From the IMG/VR virus record IMGVR_UViG_3300002138_000152: a stretch of 64,000 bases of DNA, one strand, 5' to 3'. The DNA is from an uncultured virus (IMG/VR IMGVR_UViG_3300002138_000152) (Duplodnaviria; Heunggongvirae; Uroviricota; Caudoviricetes). Position 1 is the first letter of the stretch. Each line of letters starts with the position of its first letter. The position numbers and the translations under genes were made by a program. Positions 57,520-64,000 of this stretch are shown here, in pieces. The notes beneath the pieces were generated by a model, which worked only from the letters and a program-made list of their open reading frames with translations, had not been told where the DNA came from and did no database searches.

Positions 57520-58683
57520 TTATTTACTTACAGACTCGATTTGAAGAACTGTTTTCTCCATGTTTGTTTCAAGTTGTTGCAATTCTTTATCAGCATTACG
57601 ACGTGCTTGTTCACCTTCTGACTTGATTTGTTTAATATCATTCAATGTAGCAACAAGATTGTTGTGTACTGTACGAAGTGTTTCAATTTCAACAATACCC
57701 TTTTCATTTTGACGAGCAATTTCAACACTGTTAGTTTTTAACAATTCTGAGTTATTAACCAACATTTTATTAGTTGATTCATTGACATATTGTTGAATAA
57801 GAACCATTTTGTTTTGGCGAATGAGTGCTACAGCAATTGCTACCGATTGTTTCCAAATTGGCATTGTTGTCAATACTGTTTGTTGAATCTTCTCAGCCAT
57901 CATTGTGTTATTATTCATAACCAACTTGATTTGTGGAAGAGACTGCAATGTAATGAAACGTGTAGTTGCCATATCATGTAATCGACGATCAAGACCTGTT
58001 ACAAAATCACGTTTTTCAGCAATTTCATAATCTTCATAATTATCAGCATTTGAAACCATTTCGTTAAGTTCATCGTCATGTTGTTCTTTTGAAAGATGAC
58101 CAATAATTAACAACTCATCAAGAGCGTGTACTTGTTTCACATTATCTTCAAAAAGCTTAGATAATTTCACATTATCATCAGTAATAGAAAGACGACCGAG
58201 TTCAAGTTTACGAATAATAGTATCAACATTTCCTGAAACATCATCAAATTGATTCATGATTTTTTTAGCATTGAAAACTAAGCTACTAACTCCAGGAATT
58301 TTCATTAACATACGACGAAGTGGAGAAACTTTTGATGGATCAATATCAATTCGTTCCATTTTTCCAATAAGATCTGTAATAGTCCCACCAATTTCACCAG
58401 CATCAAATGCTTTAACATTCTGTAAAAATGCAGTAGATGAAGCTGAAAGATTTTTCTGAACTTCAATACCATAATTCATAATTGCTGCTGGATCTTTTGT
58501 TGAAAGAGCTGTTGCTTTTTCAAGATACATTTCACGTTGTTCAGGTGTAAGTGCAGCAATTTTAATATTCCCTGTTGTCTTATCCTGTTGAAGAATGGAC
58601 ACATTCGCTTTTTTAGTTGTTGATTTAGATGTTTCAACTACTTCAGCATATGGTGTTACTTCTGTTTTTTTTTTGGTTCCCAT
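57520..58683 (-). CDS. telA: toxic anion resistance protein TelA
   Basis: IMNYG..Q, RRLHDM, QSLPQIKLV..NN, TTMPIWK, TNKML..NSELLK. Confidence 0.9.
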   Translation of the reverse strand: MGTKKKTEVTPYAEVVETSKSTTKKANVSILQQDKTTGNIKIAALTPEQREMYLEKATALSTKDPAAIMNYGIEVQKNLSASSTAFLQNVKAFDAGEIGGTITDLIGKMERIDIDPSKVSPLRRMLMKIPGVSSLVFNAKKIMNQFDDVSGNVDTIIRKLELGRLSITDDNVKLSKLFEDNVKQVHALDELLIIGHLSKEQHDDELNEMVSNADNYEDYEIAEKRDFVTGLDRRLHDMATTRFITLQSLPQIKLVMNNNTMMAEKIQQTVLTTMPIWKQSVAIAVALIRQNKMVLIQQYVNESTNKMLVNNSELLKTNSVEIARQNEKGIVEIETLRTVHNNLVATLNDIKQIKSEGEQARRNADKELQQLETNMEKTVLQIESVSK

Positions 58684-58699
58684 GTTTTTTGGATATTTG

Positions 58700-59563
58700 T
58701 TATGTTGTTTGTAATTCTAAAATTAAAGCATTTTTTTTCGCAGCATCACGCATGATACTGAAATTTTTACTATAAGCTGGATTTTTGTAATAACCTTCAC
58801 CAAGCGACATGCGGTAAATAGTTTTTACTAAATTAAGATTAATTGATTGCATCAAATATTCGACATCAGATGCTGATTTCCATCCAAGAATCATTTTTGC
58901 TGTGCGAACGATAACTTGATAATCACTATCATTTTCAATCAATGTTTTAAGGTCAGACAATTTTTCAATGAATGCTGAATTTAAATATGATTCAATAGTT
59001 GGATCTTCTTCTGGATTTAAAAGTTCTGCATAATAAACACACATACAGTTTGATTTGTCAACACCGTATGATGTTACCATTTCTTCAATTTTTTTCTGAT
59101 GTGTACCAGTGATGAAGATGTCATCAATAAAGATAATGAACTTGTCTTTACAGTATTCAGCATCAAATGTAAAACAGTCTTGCTCAAGAAGTTTTACACG
59201 TTTTTTTAATGACACTTTACCGTAATCTGCAATGTATGGTAAATGACGATTGATTTTAGTGCGATGAATAAAATTACCATTCATCTCTGAAATTAATTCA
59301 TTAAGACGACTAATAAACTCATCAGTAATTAGTGATGCTGCATTACGCATATATTGATATGCTGATTCAGTTACAACAAGTTGTTTACTGTACAATAATT
59401 CGTAATATTTATTGTAGAATGCTTCAGCTAGTTCTCGTCCGAACTGTTTACCAACAGTTCCACTTCCGTATTTTAAACGTGAATAATCTTCAATTGAAAA
59501 TCGAATAGATTCTCTATTAGAAAATTGATGCAAAGAAAAGCGGTCTATTGAAAGATCGTGCAT
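58700..59563 (-). CDS. Ter-associated phosphoribosyltransferase-like protein
   Basis: YSRLKYGS, IIFIDDIFITGTH PRPP loop. Confidence 0.8.
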   Translation of the reverse strand: MHDLSIDRFSLHQFSNRESIRFSIEDYSRLKYGSGTVGKQFGRELAEAFYNKYYELLYSKQLVVTESAYQYMRNAASLITDEFISRLNELISEMNGNFIHRTKINRHLPYIADYGKVSLKKRVKLLEQDCFTFDAEYCKDKFIIFIDDIFITGTHQKKIEEMVTSYGVDKSNCMCVYYAELLNPEEDPTIESYLNSAFIEKLSDLKTLIENDSDYQVIVRTAKMILGWKSASDVEYLMQSINLNLVKTIYRMSLGEGYYKNPAYSKNFSIMRDAAKKNALILELQTT

Positions 59564-59637
59564 TTTTATGTTTTAATTAATTGTTTTGTATAGCAATTAT
59601 ACAAGCATAAAAATAAATACAAAAATTTGTATAAAAA

Positions 59638-60321
59638 TTAAAATTTAATGCGACTGTAAAATTTTAATGCTTTTTCTTGATCCATAGGAGAATCGATTAA
59701 TACATATGTTTCATTTGTTGATTGTTTTGTATATTGAAATCCAATGAAATTAGAATATTCAGTACTTTTATAATCCATTGTAATAAAAATCTCATCAAGA
59801 GGTAAATATTCATTATACAGAACATTTACATTATGAAATTTTCTAATCATTCCAATTAAATTTTGATGATTTTCTTCAGTGGTTGGTGAGATATAAATAA
59901 TTGGATCCATTGATTGATTTATTTTATGAAATAATTTATAAATCTCTCTACGTACAGTATTAACAACTTCAAGGTCGGCTGATGATACCAATAAACGATC
60001 AGTCGTATATGGTGATGGATAATTGTGCTGCTGCATCGTATATGTTGGAAAAGTACTTACACCTTGAATGCGTATAAATTCTTTGATGTTATTTGTTAGA
60101 AAAGAAGCAATAAAATTATTCCAATTAAAATTTGTATCTATTTTTATACCATTATTAATAATGTCAAATTCTTTTTCAATAAATTTTATTTCTAATGAAC
60201 CCATTCCATTAATAAATTTTTGATCTATTGTTTGATTAATTGTTAATTCGGGTTCTTTCATATAAACCATCTTCATTCTATCGTATTCAGATACAAGTAT
60301 TTTTATAAATTGCTTTTCCAT
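59638..60321 (-). CDS. hypothetical protein
   Basis: 227-aa ORF. Confidence 0.6.
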   Translation of the reverse strand: MEKQFIKILVSEYDRMKMVYMKEPELTINQTIDQKFINGMGSLEIKFIEKEFDIINNGIKIDTNFNWNNFIASFLTNNIKEFIRIQGVSTFPTYTMQQHNYPSPYTTDRLLVSSADLEVVNTVRREIYKLFHKINQSMDPIIYISPTTEENHQNLIGMIRKFHNVNVLYNEYLPLDEIFITMDYKSTEYSNFIGFQYTKQSTNETYVLIDSPMDQEKALKFYSRIKF

Positions 60322-60391
60322 TATAAAGTAAATTTTGAACGGGTTACTCCATTTCTGATAGTAACCCGTTGTTTATTATGTGGTTAGTAAT

Positions 60392-61642
60392 TTATTCGTC
60401 ATCATCTTCAAAATCAGAACCAGCTCCGAAGAATAAAGCATTTGCATCCGTTGAATCCATATCATTGACAAAGATTTCATCATCATCTAATGCATCAATG
60501 TCACCTTTAGCTTCTTCTAAACGTCGTTCAATTTCTTCCATTTCTGTGATTGACTGATAACGGAAGTATTCGTTGATAATTGGTTGAAGTGCATCAAGAA
60601 CATCTTTTGTGAATACTTTTGGTGTAAACAATTCAGCTCCTGCAATATGTTTTCCAAGGTGACGAATAAACCAACGATTTCCACCAGCTACAAAACGATC
60701 ACCAACCATTTTACCTTTACATATACCGACTTTTTCGAAGTTTTCTGCAATACACCAAGTATCAAGTCCAATGTATGGATTACATCCTGATTTGAATGAG
60801 ATTTCAAATTTGACTTTCTTCGGTTTTGCCATACGGTTTTTCATCATCTTGGCTGTTACAACAAGACCTGATTGTCCAAGATCAAGGTCATCAAGTTCTC
60901 CAGTTTTCAATTTCGCTTTCGTAAGGAATGCGATAGAAGATGCTGAATAGAATAGACCTTCTCCACCTTTCATTTTGTCTTGTGGATACATATCCATTGT
61001 TTGATATGTGTGGTTTGTACAAACCATTGGAATACCTAAGTAACCAAGATCTGAGTTAATGATACGGAAAAGTGAAGCTAAAGCTTTAGCTTTCGTAAAG
61101 TCAGCTTTTTCTTTTCCTGATTTAGCATCTTCAACTTCTTTACGTGAACCAAGTTGTCCAACTGAATCTAAGAAGATGATAAATTTTTGAACTTCTTTAC
61201 CATTTGCTTTCTCTTCTTTCAAACCGTCAAGCATTTGTGTCAACCAAACTTTAACATCCTCAATAATGTTTGTTCGCATTAACATGAATTTATCTTCACT
61301 AATATCAATTCCATATCCTGGAAGTTGATCAAGTTCAATAGCATATTCTGTATCGATGTAAATTACACCGTAACCTTTTGCTTGTGCTTGTTTTGCAATT
61401 GAGTAACACAAGAATGATTTACCAGTTCCTGATGGAGCTGCAAATACTGATATTCTATTGTCTGGTACACCGCCGTAAATATCTGCTGAAAATGCTGCAT
61501 TTAATACATAGATACCTGTTCCAATTGTACCGCGCTGTTTTGATGTTTTTTCTGTCTCACGAATAACTGGCATCTTCTTAGTGATGCTGTCTGTAAGACC
61601 TGCAATGTCTTTAAAACTGAATTTTGCTTTTTCCTTTGCCAT
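60392..61642 (-). CDS. uvsX: UvsX/RecA-like recombinase
   Basis: APSGTGKSF, YIDTE, FLDSVGQL, NHTY, MKGGEGLFYSAS, KNR. Confidence 0.92.
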   Translation of the reverse strand: MAKEKAKFSFKDIAGLTDSITKKMPVIRETEKTSKQRGTIGTGIYVLNAAFSADIYGGVPDNRISVFAAPSGTGKSFLCYSIAKQAQAKGYGVIYIDTEYAIELDQLPGYGIDISEDKFMLMRTNIIEDVKVWLTQMLDGLKEEKANGKEVQKFIIFLDSVGQLGSRKEVEDAKSGKEKADFTKAKALASLFRIINSDLGYLGIPMVCTNHTYQTMDMYPQDKMKGGEGLFYSASSIAFLTKAKLKTGELDDLDLGQSGLVVTAKMMKNRMAKPKKVKFEISFKSGCNPYIGLDTWCIAENFEKVGICKGKMVGDRFVAGGNRWFIRHLGKHIAGAELFTPKVFTKDVLDALQPIINEYFRYQSITEMEEIERRLEEAKGDIDALDDDEIFVNDMDSTDANALFFGAGSDFEDDDE

Positions 61643-61911
61643 TGAATTCCTTTAATTTTTATAACATTTATACTCAGTTTATTTTTTTTTGTTTGAAACT
61701 TCCACTGTATATTTGTGAAAACAATTGCAAATGGACATAGCCAAGTACCTCAAGAAGGGCGGTGTAATAGTTAAATCTGTTACCCAGGACAAGATAACGG
61801 TGGAATACGAGGGATCAGCTGAACACACATTTGATGTGAATGATATTGAAAAATATTTGTTCATCTGTTTATTGGATTACATTAAGGAAGAAATCGTAGA
61901 AAAGGAGACAC

Positions 61912-62469
61912 ATGAATAAGCAGGTCAACCAAACACTAGAAAGACCTTTACAACAAACTACTCACGAAATACACAAAAATAAATACACATACAACGATCT
62001 ACTTACATATGTTCCAGATCTGAAACGATTTGTAAAGTCTAAGATTAAAACTGATTGGTGGCAAGATGTGGTTCAAGATACGCTCACGTATCTGTTTATC
62101 AAGTTTAAATCAATTCTAATAGACAATATAAAAGGATTGGTGATAAACACCGCCACAATGTTTATACGCAAACACAATGAGCGTATGATTAAAGATAGAT
62201 TAACCGAAGAATTGGTGCCTGAGAAGTCATATTCACAGAAGCCAACTGTTCAATACCATAAGTTTGAAGTATTTGGTTACAATACAGCAATCATCACAGA
62301 TCGCTTGTTAGAAAATTTACGGACGGTATCGTCCAACTTCATGGAACCATTCAACATGCAATTGAATGACATGAGTATAAAAGAGATAGCCACTGAACTA
62401 TCGATACCAGAAAACACAGTGAAAACACGAATAAACAGGTGCAAGAAATACCTGAAAGAAGGATTATAA
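61912..62469 (+). CDS. ECF-like RNA polymerase sigma factor
   Basis: QDVVQDT region 2; MSIKEIATELSIPENTVKTRINRCK region 4. Confidence 0.8.
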   Translation: MNKQVNQTLERPLQQTTHEIHKNKYTYNDLLTYVPDLKRFVKSKIKTDWWQDVVQDTLTYLFIKFKSILIDNIKGLVINTATMFIRKHNERMIKDRLTEELVPEKSYSQKPTVQYHKFEVFGYNTAIITDRLLENLRTVSSNFMEPFNMQLNDMSIKEIATELSIPENTVKTRINRCKKYLKEGL

Positions 62470-62470
62470 T

Positions 62471-63337
62471 ATGAGTAAGAAACAAGAATTAAAAGATGCG
62501 TTAGGGCAGCGCATGAAGGCTTACGAGGAAGAAACTAGAACTTTCCTTGAACCAAAGAAACCAACAATCATGCGATTAGATGGAAAAGCTTTTCATACTT
62601 ATACCCAACAGTTTAAAAAACCATTTGATCCAGTACTGATCAATACAATGGATCAAACAGCGATTTATCTTTGTAGTAAAATTCAAGGTGCACAATTTGC
62701 TTTTGTTCAAAGTGATGAAATTACAATTTTTCTTTCTGATGAAATGAGTGATGAAGCACAACTATGGTATGATGGAAATGTTCAAAAAATGACTTCTATA
62801 TCAGCATCAATGGCTGCGGCAAAATTTAATCATTTACGTTTTTTAGATACACTTCTTTCTATAACTGGAGTTGATGAAAGAACAATGGGTGCAAGATATA
62901 ATCATATTGAGCGTGAAGATATTTTAGTTCCTATGGCACTTGCTGAATTTGATTCACGTGTATTTCAGGTTCCTGATTATCAAGAAGTTGTAAATAATTT
63001 TCTTTGGAGACAAGAGGATTGTCGCAAAAATAGCATCTCATCGGTCGCTCAAAACATTTTTTCACCAAAACAATTGGACAAGAAAAACAGTGATGTTAAA
63101 CTAGTAATGTGTGCTGAAGCTGGTGATCCATGGGAAGCGTATGATCCTAAATTAAAATGGGGTAGATTTATTCAAAAAGAAACATATATCACGGACATAC
63201 CATACATGCGTGATGGTGTTCAACACATTGCTGAGAATGTAACACGAACACGTTGGGTGTCAACAGAATGTCCACTTTTCCGTGAAGATAAAGAATTTAT
63301 TCTTTCACGTCTTAATTCAATTAAACAAAAGAAATAA
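62471..63337 (+). CDS. Thg1-like 3'-5' RNA polymerase / tRNA-His guanylyltransferase
   Basis: RMKAYE, MRLDGKAFHTYT, QSDEI, FDSRVF, WRQEDCRKNSI. Confidence 0.92.
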   Translation: MSKKQELKDALGQRMKAYEEETRTFLEPKKPTIMRLDGKAFHTYTQQFKKPFDPVLINTMDQTAIYLCSKIQGAQFAFVQSDEITIFLSDEMSDEAQLWYDGNVQKMTSISASMAAAKFNHLRFLDTLLSITGVDERTMGARYNHIEREDILVPMALAEFDSRVFQVPDYQEVVNNFLWRQEDCRKNSISSVAQNIFSPKQLDKKNSDVKLVMCAEAGDPWEAYDPKLKWGRFIQKETYITDIPYMRDGVQHIAENVTRTRWVSTECPLFREDKEFILSRLNSIKQKK

Positions 63338-63339
63338 TC

Positions 63340-63552
63340 ATGGCAAAACCTGTAGGAGATAGAATTGGTATTAAGCTTGGAGACAGCATTGTTTATGATG
63401 TAAGTGACATCCGTGCAATGTGGTATAACAATGCAACTGGTGAATTAAATGCACGAATGAAATCTGACTTCATTACAAAAAAAATAATGTCAAAAGAAGT
63501 GTATGATCAAATTTACGAAAAGTACCTAACAACGTTCAAAATTATATTATAA
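63340..63552 (+). CDS. hypothetical protein
   Basis: 70-aa ORF. Confidence 0.55.
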   Translation: MAKPVGDRIGIKLGDSIVYDVSDIRAMWYNNATGELNARMKSDFITKKIMSKEVYDQIYEKYLTTFKIIL

Positions 63553-64000
63553 TGAAATACGACTTTATATCACATACAGATGAGCATATTAAAGGATTCA
63601 AAGAAGATTACGCTTTTTTGAGTAATATGCAATCATGTGTTATTCAGTGGCAAGGATTACTTTTCACTTCTACTGAAGCTGCTTACCAGGCAAGTAAATC
63701 AAAACAACTTAGTGTAGCAAAACAGTTTCAGACATTAAACGGATTAGAAGCAAAAAAACATTCGAAAACAATTTATGTTCGAAAGGATTGGAATGAAATA
63801 CGTGTATCGATTATGGCACAATTAGTATTTCAAAAATTCTTTAATGATTTGGAACTCAGACAACAATTGTTAGATACTGGAGATCGTTATATTGAAGAAA
63901 CAAACAATTGGAAGGACATTTTTTGGGGAGTTTGTAATGGAGTAGGAGAAAATCAACTTGGTAAAATACTAATGGCTACACGTGAATATTTTAAAGTATA
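63552..64000 (+). CDS. NADAR (YbiA-like) protein, runs off window end
   Basis: FLSN, STEAAYQASK, RKDW, QKF, LLDTG, FWGV..GENQLGKILM (translated by hand). Confidence 0.88.
   Translation, partial: MKYDFISHTDEHIKGFKEDYAFLSNMQSCVIQWQGLLFTSTEAAYQASKSKQLSVAKQFQTLNGLEAKKHSKTIYVRKDWNEIRVSIMAQLVFQKFFNDLELRQQLLDTGDRYIEETNNWKDIFWGVCNGVGENQLGKILMATREYFKV

Noticed and set aside
4234..62761. Many short ORF-track entries antisense to or nested in larger genes (for example 4234, 8504, 12831, 35781, 44412, 48738, 58256)
   Set aside because: Shadow frames of well-supported genes
1..64000. Genome-wide TAG recoding (code 15)
   Set aside because: Long conserved genes are intact in the standard code and only one internal TAG was found

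Overview
AT-rich, densely coding segment of a large T4-like/jumbo dsDNA phage genome, probably infecting Bacteroidota (recurrent TAnnTTTG -7 promoter boxes). Core genes are a gp41/DnaB-like helicase, UvsX/RecA, a DinG-like helicase and a sigma factor. Accessory genes include DHFR, HD-CoaD and CoaE fusions, a Ter/TelA stress cluster, a radical SAM module and an RNA-repair set (Rnl1, Rnl2, PNK-like kinase, HAD, Thg1, three nucleotidyltransferases). The most notable content is non-coding. (1) A five-tRNA Ser/Arg operon sits behind a 29-codon leader peptide with 14 consecutive Ser/Arg codons and mutually exclusive terminator/antiterminator hairpins, i.e. an apparent ribosome-sensing attenuator for phage tRNAs. 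(2) Seven tandem stem-closed RNA units share a CAGCAA motif and carry tRNA-derived payloads (a circularly permuted YrlA-like tRNA, several anticodon stem-loops), downstream of a DUF2828/TROVE-like vWA protein. (3) Further tRNA-ended or degenerate tRNA-like RNAs, a D-armless CAT tRNA, and a tRNA half truncated next to a homing endonuclease gene. All family calls come from motif recognition by eye, not database searches; some short hypothetical ORFs are not listed.
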